64,000 nt of DNA, taken from contig JAFATB010000002.1 in assembly GCA_019244185.1 (NCBI GenBank), positions 102,551-166,550 on the forward strand, in the 5' to 3' direction. This document shows, piece after piece, positions 38,702 through 48,917 of the stretch. The first letter of the stretch is position 1. Each line of letters begins with the position of its first letter. Source of the DNA: Acidobacteriota bacterium. GTDB taxonomy: Bacteria; Acidobacteriota; Thermoanaerobaculia; Gp7-AA8. A program made the position numbers and the translations under genes. The notes beneath the pieces were generated by a model. It searched no databases. It had not been told where the DNA came from and saw only the letters and a program-made list of their open reading frames with translations.

Positions 38702-39939
38702 TGAGAGTCCTTGTTCTTGTCGCTGCTCGAGGTCGTGCTCTTCGACGTCTTCTTCTCTTCTTTCGTGACCACGATCGGCGCGCCGTCCTTGAGCGACTTC
38801 AGCGTCCGGAACGGCCCCGTGATCACGGCGTCGCCGGCGTTGATGCCGGAAAGCACCACGACGTGCGTTGCGTCACTGATGCCCGTCTGTACGTCGACCT
38901 GCTTCGCTTTGTTGCCGGTCGCGAGATACACGACCTTCTTCTTCGGCGCGTTCTCGTCGTCCTCGTCGCCCGATGTCGTCCGCTCGAGCACGGCCTGGAT
39001 CGGCACGGACACCGCGTTCGGCGCGCTGCTGGTGACGATCGAGACCTGCGAGGTCATGCCCGGACGCAGCCGCTCGTCGCTGTTGTCGATCGCTACTTTG
39101 ACATCAAAGTAACGCACGCCGGAGCCCGCGCCCTGCCGCACTTCCGCGGAGCTGCCGATCTCGACGACGTGGCCGCGGTACTCCTTGTCCGCCACCGCAT
39201 CGACTTTGATCGACGCTTCCTGTCCGACGCGGATGCCCACGACTTCAGTCTCGCCGACTTCCGCTTCCACGAGGATCTCCGAGAGGTCAGCGATCACCGC
39301 GATGACCGAGCCGGGATTGTTCATCGTGCCGGTGACGACGACTTCGCCCTCGTGCGCGTTGAGCTGCACGACCTTGCCGTCGATCGGCGAGACGATGGTC
39401 GTGCGCTCGAGGTCCGTCGCCGCCTGCCGCAGTCCCGCCTCCGCCTCGCTGACGCCCTGCTGCGCGGCGGCGTACGCGGCGGTCGCGTTGTCGTACGCGA
39501 GGCGCGTCTGATCGAAGAGCTCCTGCGCCTGAATGCCCTGGTTCGCGAGGTTCTGCGCGCGGTTGAACGCCGCCTTCGCCGTCGCGAGCGCGGCGCGGGC
39601 GCGCTGCACTTCGACGCGGCGGCTCGCCAGCTCCGCGGTCAGCCGGTCGCGCTGCGCGACGTAGAGATACTTCTCGAGCTCGACGAGCTTCTGGCCGCGC
39701 TTCACCGGATCGCCTTCGTTGAAGTAGAGGCGCTCGATCTTGCCGACGATGTGCGCGCTGATGTTGACCTTGACCTTCGGATCGATCTGTCCCGGCGCCG
39801 TGACGACGGCCGAGATCGTGCGGCGCGCGGCGGGCTCGGTGTAGACCTTCTCCCCTTTCGGCCCGCCGCCCTGAATGCTGAAGATGACGATGGCGATGAC
39901 CGCGGCGGCGATGACGCCGCCGACCACCCACCGCTTCAC
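38698..39939 (-). CDS. Efflux periplasmic adaptor (MacA/YknX-like MFP)
   Basis: N-terminal TM; lipoyl halves ([16 protein letters not shown]); LRPGMTS; VQTGISD. Confidence 0.9.
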   Translation of the reverse strand: MKRWVVGGVIAAAVIAIVIFSIQGGGPKGEKVYTEPAARRTISAVVTAPGQIDPKVKVNISAHIVGKIERLYFNEGDPVKRGQKLVELEKYLYVAQRDRLTAELASRRVEVQRARAALATAKAAFNRAQNLANQGIQAQELFDQTRLAYDNATAAYAAAQQGVSEAEAGLRQAATDLERTTIVSPIDGKVVQLNAHEGEVVVTGTMNNPGSVIAVIADLSEILVEAEVGETEVVGIRVGQEASIKVDAVADKEYRGHVVEIGSSAEVRQGAGSGVRYFDVKVAIDNSDERLRPGMTSQVSIVTSSAPNAVSVPIQAVLERTTSGDEDDENAPKKKVVYLATGNKAKQVDVQTGISDATHVVVLSGINAGDAVITGPFRTLKSLKDGAPIVVTKEEKKTSKSTTSSSDKNKDSQ

Positions 39940-40721
39940 GAGGCTTTCTTCCCCATCGCGCCGAGGGCGGCGAAGCCGATGCGGATGACGATCATCACGA
40001 TCCAGAGCGAGATCACGATGCCGGCCGCGCGGCTTTTCGGCGTCTTCGCCAGCTCCGCGAAACCGAAGATCAGCAGCACGACCGTCCAGATGGTGAAGAC
40101 GTCGAACGCGCCGAGGAGCGTGAAGAGGATCGGCTGCGTCTTGAGATCGACGAGGAACGCCGGATTCGACTTCACCAGCGTGGCCATCTCGATGGGATCG
40201 ACCGTGCCGCGCGAGACCGCGATGACGGCCAGCAGAATCCCGAAGATCGTCAGCGGCACCCACGAGTAGAGCGTCGCGGAGAACGCCTGCTTGTACGTCC
40301 CCTCACCGCCGAACAACCGGAACGCGAGCAGCAGCACGCCCGAGACCAGCGCGAACCAGCCGATGTTGAGGAGCGGCGCGAACCACGCGATGGCCTTTCC
40401 CACCGCCGATCCCATCTTCACCGCGCGCTCCATGTCCTCGGACGACATCTGCCGTCCCGAGTTCTCCATCTGCGTGCGCACCGCGGCCTGGAAGTCCATG
40501 CGCGGGATCAGCAGCGCGGAGCTGAGGATCGAGATGATCACCAGCACGAGGAGCGGCGCGATGACGTCGGGACGCCGCGCGATCTCCCGAAACGTTTCCG
40601 CCGGCGCGAACAACACGCCGGCGAATCGTGCGAATACGTTGGATTTCGGGCCCGCCGCGGGCGGCGGTGTGGATGGCGATGCAGGTGTCGGCGAGAACGG
40701 TGGCTCCGGGATCTCCGTCAT
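39936..40721 (-). CDS. Yip1 family membrane protein (YknW-like)
   Basis: GVLFAPAETFREI, five TM segments, FDVFTIW. ATG overlaps the TolC stop. Confidence 0.8.
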   Translation of the reverse strand: MTEIPEPPFSPTPASPSTPPPAAGPKSNVFARFAGVLFAPAETFREIARRPDVIAPLLVLVIISILSSALLIPRMDFQAAVRTQMENSGRQMSSEDMERAVKMGSAVGKAIAWFAPLLNIGWFALVSGVLLLAFRLFGGEGTYKQAFSATLYSWVPLTIFGILLAVIAVSRGTVDPIEMATLVKSNPAFLVDLKTQPILFTLLGAFDVFTIWTVVLLIFGFAELAKTPKSRAAGIVISLWIVMIVIRIGFAALGAMGKKAS

Positions 40722-42376
40722 TTCGGCGTTTCCTCCAACCGGCCCAGATTTCCGTAATTCAGCCAATTGTACCGGTCGAGGAAGGGAAGGATCTTCGGTT
40801 CTTCAACGGGAGGCAGATCCGCGAGCGCGATGTTGTGGATCTGGAGGATGTCGCCGACCGAGCGGTGATACGCGGCCACGGCCTTGTTGTAGCCGACCAG
40901 CGCAAGCAGTTCGCGGACGCGCGCGTCGGAGAGCTGCTGCTGCACTTCGAGCACCTGGAAGTTGGTGGTCATGCCGTTCTCGAAGCGGCGGCGCTCGGCC
41001 TCGAGGTTGCGCTCGGCGGCGTCACGCGCGGCACGCGAGGCCGCGATGGTGCGCGCGTACGTCTCGACCGCACGCGCGGCGGAGCGGACTTCGACGGAGA
41101 TGTTCTGCTCCGTCTGCGCCTGATTGAGGCGCGACTCTTCGAGGTCGAGCTGCGCGGCGCGGGCATTCGCGCGCGCGCCGATGTTGAGGATGGGGATGCC
41201 GAAGGTCACGCCCACTTTCCAGCTCGGGAAGTCGGAGCGGAAAACGTCGGTGAGCGCATCGGTGAACGGCTCGGAGATGACGCGTCCGGTCGGATCTCCG
41301 TTCGAATTGATTTCGGCGCGGCGTCCCGCGACGCCCGCGGCACCGTAGGTGAGATTGAGGTCGAGCGCCGGGAGTGTCTGGTTGCGCGTGTAGAGCGCCT
41401 GCACGCGGAGGTTCTCGGTGGCGAAGCGCTGCTGCGCGATCTCAGGACGGTTCGCCAGCGCCTCGCGGACGGCCGCTTCCGTGTTGATCGCGAGCGGCGC
41501 GTAGCCGACGTCGTCGGTCGGAATGATGGGGCGGTCCCAGTCGGCCTGCGGGAGGTTGAGCAGTGCGCGCAGGCGGTCTTCCGCATCGCGCACCGCGGCC
41601 ACCGCGCTGACGAGCGATTCCTCGGTCGTGGCGATCGTGACGCGCGGCTGCAGGATGTCGAGCGGCGCGGAGGCGCCGACGTCGATGCGGATCTGCGTGA
41701 TGCGCGCCTGATCGCGCGCGAGGAAGAGCGACTCTTTCACGACGTCGACGTTGCGGCGCGCGTAGACGAGATCGAGGTATGCCTGCTCGGTCGCGTGCAC
41801 GGTGTCCATCGTGACGGTGCGGAACTGCTCGTCCGAGATGCCGAGGTTGTTGCGGGCGATGGCGATGCCGCGGCGGTTGACGTCGATGCCGAAGTCGCGC
41901 AGGAGCGGCTGGTTGAACGCGAGATCGAGCCCGGAGCCGTACTGCGGGTTGATGCCGCCGTTGACGGTCGAGCGCGAGTTCGAGACGCCGACGCTGTAGT
42001 CGCCGCCGGTCGGAAGGAACTGGCTGACGCCCGCGCCGATCGAGAGGTCGTGCGAGGTCGGGTTGCCCGGCGTGCTGTTCTTCGAGATCGCCGCGGTGCC
42101 GCTGGCGATCCAGTCGAAGGGACCGTACGCCGCGCGCAGGTTCTCGCCGGTGATGCGATATTCGTACTGCTGCACCTGAACGCCGAGGTTCGATTGCAGC
42201 GAGGTGGTGAGCGCGTCGCGCAGCGTGAGCCGCATCGCGCGCGGATTGTTCACGTCCTGGTCCGTCTCCGCCGAAACCGGCTCGGTCGCCCGCGCGACCG
42301 GCGCCTCCTGCGCGAGCAGCGCGGTCGCGGTCAGCGACAAGAGCAAGGTAGTAATGAGCCGTCGAACAACAGTCAT
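40718..42376 (-). CDS. TolC family outer-membrane protein
   Basis: Signal peptide; LTLRDAL, FNQPLLRDFG, AYLDLV, ALANRPEI, ERRRFENGMTT. Confidence 0.9.
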   Translation of the reverse strand: MTVVRRLITTLLLSLTATALLAQEAPVARATEPVSAETDQDVNNPRAMRLTLRDALTTSLQSNLGVQVQQYEYRITGENLRAAYGPFDWIASGTAAISKNSTPGNPTSHDLSIGAGVSQFLPTGGDYSVGVSNSRSTVNGGINPQYGSGLDLAFNQPLLRDFGIDVNRRGIAIARNNLGISDEQFRTVTMDTVHATEQAYLDLVYARRNVDVVKESLFLARDQARITQIRIDVGASAPLDILQPRVTIATTEESLVSAVAAVRDAEDRLRALLNLPQADWDRPIIPTDDVGYAPLAINTEAAVREALANRPEIAQQRFATENLRVQALYTRNQTLPALDLNLTYGAAGVAGRRAEINSNGDPTGRVISEPFTDALTDVFRSDFPSWKVGVTFGIPILNIGARANARAAQLDLEESRLNQAQTEQNISVEVRSAARAVETYARTIAASRAARDAAERNLEAERRRFENGMTTNFQVLEVQQQLSDARVRELLALVGYNKAVAAYHRSVGDILQIHNIALADLPPVEEPKILPFLDRYNWLNYGNLGRLEETPK

Positions 42377-42494
42377 GCAAGTCCTCCCAGACACGCCTCT
42401 TGTACGTAAACGTCGAGCGATGGGTTTCCGGTGCAGCGAGGCGCGCCGAATTCTAGAACAGACGCTGCGTTTCGACGGGAGTTAGCGTCGCCGT

Positions 42495-43697
42495 TCAAGG
42501 CAACGTTGCCGTCAACCCTTCCGGATCGGTCGTCGCCGGCAGCGACTCACCCGCGAAATGACACGCTGCGAAGTGTCCCGGTTTGTGCTCGACGAGCGGC
42601 GGCACCTCGGCACTGCAGATCGGGAACTGCGCGATCGGACAGCGCGTGTGGAAGACGCAGCCGCTCGGCGGATTGAGCGGCGTCGGAATGTCGCCCTTCA
42701 GCAGAATGCGCGTTTTCTTCACCGCCGGATCGGGCACCGGCACCGCGGACAGCAGCGCCTTCGTGTACGGATGCAGCGGATCTTCGTACAGCGCGCCGCG
42801 GCCGGCGAGCTCCATCACCTTGCCGAGATACATCACCGCCACGCGCGTCGAGATGTGCTCGACGACCGAGAGATCGTGCGCGATGAAGAGGTACGTGAGG
42901 CCCAGCTCGTCCTGCAGGTCCTGCAGCAGATTGACGACCTGCGCCTGCACGGAGACGTCGAGCGCGGAGACCGGCTCGTCGAGCACGAGGAACTTCGGGT
43001 TCGTGGCGAGCGCGCGCGCGACGCCGATGCGCTGCCGCTGCCCGCCGGAGAACTCGTGCGGATAGCGCTTGCGGTAGTCGGGACTGAGTCCCACTTTCTC
43101 GAGCAGCTGCGCCACGCGGTCCGCGCGCTCGGACGCGCCGAGCTCACCGAAGTGAATCGCGAGCGGCTCGCCGACGATCGCGCCGACCGTCATGCGCGGA
43201 TTGAGCGAGGCGTACGGGTCCTGAAACACGATCTGCATGTTGCGACGCATGCGGCGCAGATCGCCGGAGTCGAGATCGAGCACGTTCGTGTTCTCGAACT
43301 CGATGCGCCCCGAGGTCGGCTCGATAAGGCGAAGGATGCAACGGCCGACCGTGGTCTTGCCGGAGCCCGACTCGCCGACGAGGCCGAGGGTCTCGCCGCG
43401 GGCGACGCCGAAGCTGATGCCGTCGACGGCCTTCACGTTCGCCACGACGCGCGCGAGCACGCCGCGCTTCACCGGAAAGTACTTGCGCAGATCGCGCACG
43501 ACGAGGAGCGGCTCGCCCTTTCCCAGCGGAACGACAGGCGTCGTTTGCGGCGCCGACTGCTCACGCGGATCGTGCGCCGGCTTCGCATCGCGATCGCGCT
43601 GCCGCGCCGTCTGATCCGCCGGCGTCGGCAGGCCGCCGGTGATGGCGGGAGCGAGCTTGGCGTCGCCGTCGCCGGGGATGAAAGGGGTGTCAGGCAT
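42495..43697 (-). CDS. Oligopeptide ABC ATPase (OppF/DppF-like)
   Basis: [45 protein letters not shown], Cys-rich C-terminus. Confidence 0.93.
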   Translation of the reverse strand: MPDTPFIPGDGDAKLAPAITGGLPTPADQTARQRDRDAKPAHDPREQSAPQTTPVVPLGKGEPLLVVRDLRKYFPVKRGVLARVVANVKAVDGISFGVARGETLGLVGESGSGKTTVGRCILRLIEPTSGRIEFENTNVLDLDSGDLRRMRRNMQIVFQDPYASLNPRMTVGAIVGEPLAIHFGELGASERADRVAQLLEKVGLSPDYRKRYPHEFSGGQRQRIGVARALATNPKFLVLDEPVSALDVSVQAQVVNLLQDLQDELGLTYLFIAHDLSVVEHISTRVAVMYLGKVMELAGRGALYEDPLHPYTKALLSAVPVPDPAVKKTRILLKGDIPTPLNPPSGCVFHTRCPIAQFPICSAEVPPLVEHKPGHFAACHFAGESLPATTDPEGLTATLP

Positions 43698-44042
43698 GAA
43701 CGCCGCCTCCGGCGGCTTGAATGAAGAACGCAGAACGCAGAACGCAGAATGTAGAAAGGAGCACCGGTCTCCCCTTTCTCAATTCTTCCTTCTGCGTTCT
43801 GCGTTCTTCATGCATTTTTTGACTCTCTCCGGATCCGCCTCATCGCCATGCGAATAGCACCCCGCCGGGCTCAGGCATGAACGCCGCCTCCGGCGGCTTG
43901 AATGAAGAACGCAGAACGCAGAACGCAGAATGTAGAAAGGAGCGCCGGTCTCCCCTTTCTCAATTCTTCATTCTGCGTTCTGCATTCTTCATTCATCTTT
44001 TGATTCTCTCCGGGTCCGCCTCATCGCCATGCAAATAGCACC
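43690..44042. repeat. Diverged tandem duplication (2 x 172 bp) of the oppD-end / intergenic / oppF-start junction, each copy with a (GCAGAAC)n inverted repeat
   Basis: Copies at 43690-43861 and 43871-44042, period 181, 8 substitutions counted by eye. Confidence 0.92.
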
Positions 44043-45069
44043 GCGCGCTCCGCCCTTCCCCCACCGGCATCAGCGCCGGTTCGTTGCCGAGGCAGATGTC
44101 CATGACGTCGGGGCAGCGCGGGTTGAACTTGCAGCCTTGCGGGAGGTTCGTGATCGGCGGGACCATGCCGCTGATCGTCGGCAGGCGTCCGACCGGCGTG
44201 CCGGCGACGAGCGCGGCGCCGGGCAGCGACTTGAGCAAGCCGCGCGTGTACGGATGCGCGGGATTCGCGAAGAGGCGCGACACCGGCGCTTCTTCGACGA
44301 CGCGTCCCGTGTACATCACGATGACGCGCTCGCAGAATTCCGCGACTACGCCGAGGTCGTGCGTGATGAGGAGGATCGCGAGGCCGAGGCGTTTCTGCAG
44401 CGACGCGAGGAGCTCCATGATCTGCGCCTGAATCGTGACGTCGAGCGCGGTCGTCGGCTCGTCGGCGATCAGCAGTTCCGGATCGCACGAAAGCGCGATG
44501 GCGATCATGACGCGCTGCCGCATGCCGCCGGAGAGCTGGTGCGGATAGTCATCGAGGCGCTTGACCGGATCGGGGATCGACACGAGATCGAGCATCTCCC
44601 CCGCCATCTTCCACGCGGCCTTCTTCGACAGCTTGCGATGGATGCGGATCGCCTCCGCGACCTGCGCGCCGATCTTGAAGACGGGATTGAGCGACGTCAT
44701 CGGCTCCTGGAAGACCATGGCGATGTCGTTGCCGCGCACCGTGCGCATCTCGTTTTCGGAGAGCTCGGCGAGGTTGCGTCCCTTGAAGCGGATTTCGCCG
44801 CCGGTGATGCGTCCGGGCGACGCGACGAGGCGCATGACCGACATCGCGGTGACGCTCTTGCCGCAGCCCGACTCGCCGACCAGCGCGACTGCCTCGCCGC
44901 GCCGCACGTTGAAGGAGACGTTGTCCACGGCGTGCACGAGTCCGCGCTCGCTCGGAAACGACGTGCGCAGGTTCTTCACCTCGAGCAGCGCCTCGGCGGG
45001 ATCGACGTCGACGTCCGCGACGCGCGCGCCCGTCATTCCCACCGGCTGCTGGACCGACGTATCCGTCAC
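43993..45069 (-). CDS. Oligopeptide ABC ATPase (OppD/DppD-like)
   Basis: [49 protein letters not shown] start lies 8 nt after TGCTACCAT. Confidence 0.93.
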   Translation of the reverse strand: MTDTSVQQPVGMTGARVADVDVDPAEALLEVKNLRTSFPSERGLVHAVDNVSFNVRRGEAVALVGESGCGKSVTAMSVMRLVASPGRITGGEIRFKGRNLAELSENEMRTVRGNDIAMVFQEPMTSLNPVFKIGAQVAEAIRIHRKLSKKAAWKMAGEMLDLVSIPDPVKRLDDYPHQLSGGMRQRVMIAIALSCDPELLIADEPTTALDVTIQAQIMELLASLQKRLGLAILLITHDLGVVAEFCERVIVMYTGRVVEEAPVSRLFANPAHPYTRGLLKSLPGAALVAGTPVGRLPTISGMVPPITNLPQGCKFNPRCPDVMDICLGNEPALMPVGEGRSARCYLHGDEADPERIKR

Positions 45070-45112
45070 GCGGCGGGATGGTAGCAAGAACGGTGACAGT
45101 CGCGAGTGCTGT

Positions 45113-46132
45113 TCAGCGGCCGTTGCACGCGGAGCTGAACTGCGCCGCGCGCCGCGTGCCGGTCGCGGGATCGTCGTAGTAGACCGCGAGCAGCATCGTC
45201 TCGCGCGCCTCCAGCGCCCGCGTCGACGCCGCGATCGTGAAGCGGCAGCGCTGCCGCGGCGCGAGCACGCGCAGGCATTCCTTCGCGCGCACGTCGTAGC
45301 CGGAGAGCACCTCGCCCGTGCGTCCGAGCGGCACGACGGCGACGACCGTCAGCGGCGCCGGCTCGGGATTGATGAGCGTGACCTTCTGAATGCCCGGCTT
45401 GATGAAGCGCACGAACGCCGGCTCGAAGCAGAGCAGGCGCGCCGGCAGAGGTTTGGGCGGCGGCACCACGATCTGTGCGACGGCCGTCGACGAAAGCGGC
45501 GGGGTGGTCTGCGCCGGCACGGTCGTCTTCGGCGTGTCGGCCACGGGCGGGCGCGGAATGCTGCCGCGCAGCGGGATCTGCGCGCGCTGCCCATCGGCGG
45601 TCACGTGCAACGTACCGGCGGAACTCCCCGCCTGTTTCGGCGTGAAGGCAATGGCCACCGCGCATTGCGCGCCGGCCGCGAGCTCCGCCGGACAGCCGCT
45701 CGTCAGCAGAAACGGTCCGGCGATGCGCACGTTGAGATGCGCGAGCGGCAGCGCGCCATCGTTGCGGATCATCGCGAGTTGCGGAGCGATGCCGCGCGCC
45801 GGCGCCGCCTCGCCGAAATCGATCCGCGCCGGCGTGGCGGCGAGATGCGCGGGTGCGGGCGGCGGCGGTGTTGATGTGGTCGTCGCAGTGGTGGCGGTCG
45901 TTTCGGTGGCGATCACGGGAATGGTCGTTGCGGTCGGCGGTGTCACGAGGGGGTCCGGTTGCCGGACCTCCACCTTCGGCGTTGGAGTCGACGTCGGAAC
46001 GACGACCCGCGGACGCTCGCGCGTGAGCGCGATCGCGGCGCCCACGCCGACGAGCAGCGGAAGGATCCACTTCCGGCGGCGCTGTCTGCGCTCGCGTTCA
46101 TTGGGACCGAAGTAAAGGTCGACGCGGTGCAT
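45113..46132 (-). CDS. Membrane-anchored Pro/Thr-rich protein with ASH / choice-of-anchor-D-like Ig domains
   Basis: TM after a basic patch; Thr/Pro linker; IDFG, IRNDG..PL, C...LAAGAQC.V...FTP...G...GTL; a second Cys-paired repeat. Confidence 0.65.
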   Translation of the reverse strand: MHRVDLYFGPNERERRQRRRKWILPLLVGVGAAIALTRERPRVVVPTSTPTPKVEVRQPDPLVTPPTATTIPVIATETTATTATTTSTPPPPAPAHLAATPARIDFGEAAPARGIAPQLAMIRNDGALPLAHLNVRIAGPFLLTSGCPAELAAGAQCAVAIAFTPKQAGSSAGTLHVTADGQRAQIPLRGSIPRPPVADTPKTTVPAQTTPPLSSTAVAQIVVPPPKPLPARLLCFEPAFVRFIKPGIQKVTLINPEPAPLTVVAVVPLGRTGEVLSGYDVRAKECLRVLAPRQRCRFTIAASTRALEARETMLLAVYYDDPATGTRRAAQFSSACNGR

Positions 46133-46137
46133 CGCGC

Positions 46138-46545
46138 TCAGCTCGCGCGTTCGACGTTGTGAATCTCGCCGCCTTCGACGCGCATCGTGACCGTCGGCGC
46201 GTCTTTGCCGCCCCCGCCGCCGCCGAGCAGCGAATGCACGCGATCGGCGCCGGAGAAGACGACCAGCCACGTCAGCGACGCATCGAGCCACTCCGGCACG
46301 TTGTTGAGCTGCAGCAGCTTCAGGAGCCGCAGCTGCGCGCGGTCGACCACGATGAAGGCGATCACCGCCGCGATGACGAGCAGCACGAGCTTGCGGAGCG
46401 CCCGCGCGCGCAACCCTCTCGCGAGACTGCGACGCACGCGTGCGAGGCGCACGGTGTTCATCAGATAGCCGGCCGCCGCAAGCACGCGTTCGGTCGCGAA
46501 CGCGGCCACGGCGACGATTGCCAGGAATCGGGCGGTAGCGTCCAT
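46138..46545 (-). CDS. Small membrane hypothetical protein
   Basis: Three hydrophobic segments; SD GGAGG; same strand as, and 5 nt from, the ASH gene. Confidence 0.6.
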   Translation of the reverse strand: MDATARFLAIVAVAAFATERVLAAAGYLMNTVRLARVRRSLARGLRARALRKLVLLVIAAVIAFIVVDRAQLRLLKLLQLNNVPEWLDASLTWLVVFSGADRVHSLLGGGGGGKDAPTVTMRVEGGEIHNVERAS

Positions 46546-46636
46546 GAGGTCGCCTCCGTGGGAAATAGTGCGCCTGATCCATAGTTCGTTACAAATCGCT
46601 CAAACTCTCGGGCTTTGCCGGCGTATAGAGAAAACG

Positions 46637-47455
46637 ATGCACGCGAAGGTCGTCACCGCTCTCGCTCTCTGTGCGCTCGGCGCGTTCGACACCGCCGCGC
46701 AGCCCACGGCGCCCGCCCCGCCTCCGCGCGCCGAGGTGCTCGTGCTCGGCGTCTATCACATGGCCAATCCGGGCCACGACGTCTTCAATACGCAGGCGGA
46801 CGACGTGCTCGCGCCGAAACGCCAGCAGGAGATCGCGCAGGTCATCGACGTCCTGAAGAAGTTCCATCCGACGAAGATCGCCATCGAAGCGGACCCGTGG
46901 AGCCCGCGCGCAAAACGCGAGTACGCGGACTACCTCGCCGGCAAGTACACCCTCTCGCGCAACGAGATCGATCAACTCGGCTATCGCCTGGCGAAGGAGC
47001 TCGGACATCCGGCGATCTATCCCGTCGACGTCGACGGCGACTTCCCTTGGCAGCGCTTCGTCAACTACGCGAAAGGCAGCGGCCACGCGAAAGAGCTCGA
47101 CGCGATCATGAGCGAGATCGGCGCGATGGTGAAGGCGCAGAACGAGTACCTCGCGTCGCACACCGTGCTCGAGACGCTGCTCTACATGAACGCGGACGCG
47201 AAGGTCGCCGAAGACGTCGGCTTCTACTACCGCGAGGCGCAGCTCGGCGAAGCCGGCGACTGGCCCGGCGCCGATCTCGTCGCCGACTGGTTCCGCCGCA
47301 ACATGCGCATCTACACGAACGTCACGCAGCTCATCGAGTCGCCGAATGAGCGCATCCTCGTCATCTTCGGCTCCGGCCACCTCGGCTGGCTGCGCCACGA
47401 CTTCGCGAGCAATCCCGCGCTGCGCGTGCGGACGCTCGCGGAGTTCGCGCGCTGA
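46637..47455 (+). CDS. Secreted DUF5694-like protein
   Basis: VLVLGVYHMANPG, KRQQEI, F.PTKIAIE, NEIDQLGYRLA, WFRRN, LVIFGSGH. Family name is from memory. Confidence 0.75.
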   Translation: MHAKVVTALALCALGAFDTAAQPTAPAPPPRAEVLVLGVYHMANPGHDVFNTQADDVLAPKRQQEIAQVIDVLKKFHPTKIAIEADPWSPRAKREYADYLAGKYTLSRNEIDQLGYRLAKELGHPAIYPVDVDGDFPWQRFVNYAKGSGHAKELDAIMSEIGAMVKAQNEYLASHTVLETLLYMNADAKVAEDVGFYYREAQLGEAGDWPGADLVADWFRRNMRIYTNVTQLIESPNERILVIFGSGHLGWLRHDFASNPALRVRTLAEFAR

Positions 47456-47499
47456 CGCGCTACCGCTTCACGAAACGGTTCAGCGTCGCCCGCGCCTCG
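47456..47499. repeat. Left copy of a 44-bp perfect direct repeat (duplicate of the murJ 3' end)
   Basis: CGCGCTACCGCTTCACGAAACGGTTCAGCGTCGCCCGCGCCTCG, identical to 48918-48961. Confidence 0.95.
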
Positions 47500-47539
47500 T
47501 CACCGTCGGCGCGTCTTTGCTGCGGCCGCAGATCGCGCT

Positions 47540-48868
47540 TTACTGCAGGTCCACCCTCGCGATTTTGTTGAAGCTCAGTTTGTGCGCGGCCTGAAGCACC
47601 TGTTTGAGACGGGCCTTGTCGCTTTTGTACATCTGCTCGAACAGCGTCGTGCTGATCACCACCAGCGTCGACGAGGTGTCTCCTTTGTTGCTGCGGTAGG
47701 TTTTCGCGCCGCCGAGTTGCACCTGCAGATTTACGGTTTCTTTGGAGGAAGGCTGAAAATCGTGGCGGCTGTACTTGAACGAAATGGAACCGGTGAGATC
47801 GAGTCCTTCGATGGCCTCGAGCACGGCGTCGCTCACGCTGGTTCCGTTGCTGTATTCCTCGAATGGATCCTCTCCCGATTTCATGCGGATCTTGTTCGTC
47901 TGCGTAACGGTCATCTGGTAGAGCTTGTTCTGCACGTCGACGTCGAGCGAGACGAACTTCGCCACCTTCTCGTTTTCCTCGATCTTGAAGATGTCGTTGT
48001 TGTTGTTGTTGTTGCTGACGAAGCCGGTGTTCTCGTAGCCACTGATCAGCGCAGCGGCTTCGTTCATCTGTTTTCGAATCTCGCTGATCTTCAGCGACGT
48101 GAGGGGCGGATTGTTTGTCATCGACTCGTAGAGTTCCGCCATCTCGTAGTAGGCCGGCATGACGTTGTGCTGCTTTGCGACGTCCGCCAGATACGCCGCA
48201 TACCGCAACAGCACCGTTTGCGGTGCAACGATCTTCCACGGATGCTTGAGCATGTCGTGAATGCGCTTGAGCATCTGCACGGTTCGCGGCCGTGCGGATT
48301 TGGGCTGCACCGCGGAGGCACGCGTCGCCATGCGCTCAGCCTCGGCCTCCAGCGAACGATCGTGCACGAGCGCCACGCCGCTCCCGAAAGGATTACGCAC
48401 GCGCCCCGCGCGCTGCTGGACGACATGGGCGAGCTCGCGCCCGAGGATCTGCTGGCCGTGCGCGGTGTCCGGATCGTACTGGCCGGGAGCGAAATGGATG
48501 TGCGATCCGTGCGTGAAGGACGTCGCGCCGAGCGTCGAAGCCTGCGGCCCGACGTGAATGCGCACGTCGCGAAAGTCGGTGCGGAAGATGGCCTCCATCT
48601 TCTGGCGGACCTGCGGCGGCAGCGGTTGCCCTCCCGCCGGCGCGAGCTCCACCGCGTGCTGCTGCAACTGCACGGCGTTCGGATGCGCAGCTGCCGTCGG
48701 AGCGGCCTGCCGCTGCACCGGCCGCGGCGCGCCGGGAGCTCCGACGCGCGCCTGCACCCACGCGGGGGTGGAGTGCGCGGCCAGCGGCTGCGCGGCGGCT
48801 GGTGCCGGCGCAACGCGTGACAAACCGTTCGGGAACGAGCCCTGGATCACGGCGGCATTGTTCGGCAT
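47540..48868 (-). CDS. DUF4157 (eCIS core) domain protein with an unknown C-terminal domain; putative effector (442 aa)
   Basis: GQPLP..VRQKME..F..DFRDVRIH, ATSFTHGSHIHFAPGQYDP, LGRELAHVVQQR, LEAEAE. The C-terminal half is lower in GC. This is the real 3' part of the 1386-aa track ORF. Confidence 0.85.
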   Translation of the reverse strand: MPNNAAVIQGSFPNGLSRVAPAPAAAQPLAAHSTPAWVQARVGAPGAPRPVQRQAAPTAAAHPNAVQLQQHAVELAPAGGQPLPPQVRQKMEAIFRTDFRDVRIHVGPQASTLGATSFTHGSHIHFAPGQYDPDTAHGQQILGRELAHVVQQRAGRVRNPFGSGVALVHDRSLEAEAERMATRASAVQPKSARPRTVQMLKRIHDMLKHPWKIVAPQTVLLRYAAYLADVAKQHNVMPAYYEMAELYESMTNNPPLTSLKISEIRKQMNEAAALISGYENTGFVSNNNNNNDIFKIEENEKVAKFVSLDVDVQNKLYQMTVTQTNKIRMKSGEDPFEEYSNGTSVSDAVLEAIEGLDLTGSISFKYSRHDFQPSSKETVNLQVQLGGAKTYRSNKGDTSSTLVVISTTLFEQMYKSDKARLKQVLQAAHKLSFNKIARVDLQ

Positions 48869-48875
48869 GGCAACA

Positions 48876-48904
48876 AGTATGGACCGATGGCAGGGGTCCG
48901 GCAA
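48876..48904 (-). promoter_or_regulatory. sigma70-type promoter predicted to give a leaderless DUF4157 mRNA
   Basis: TTGCCG (48904-48899), 17 nt, CATACT (48881-48876), 7 nt, ATG. Confidence 0.6.
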
Positions 48905-48917
48905 TTCGGCCGCCGTG

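Noticed and set aside
43690-44042. CRISPR array or MITE
   Set aside because: Only two long units with no unique spacers and no cas genes. The unit contains host gene ends rather than terminal inverted repeats with a target duplication.
47996-48013. (AAC)6 tract as a phase-variation switch
   Set aside because: A trinucleotide unit keeps the frame, so slippage would only change linker length.
47460-48239. 259-aa ORF ending in the MurJ C-terminus EARATLNRFVKR
   Set aside because: It is an alternative frame of the DUF4157 gene that runs into the 44-bp repeat, not a murJ paralogue.
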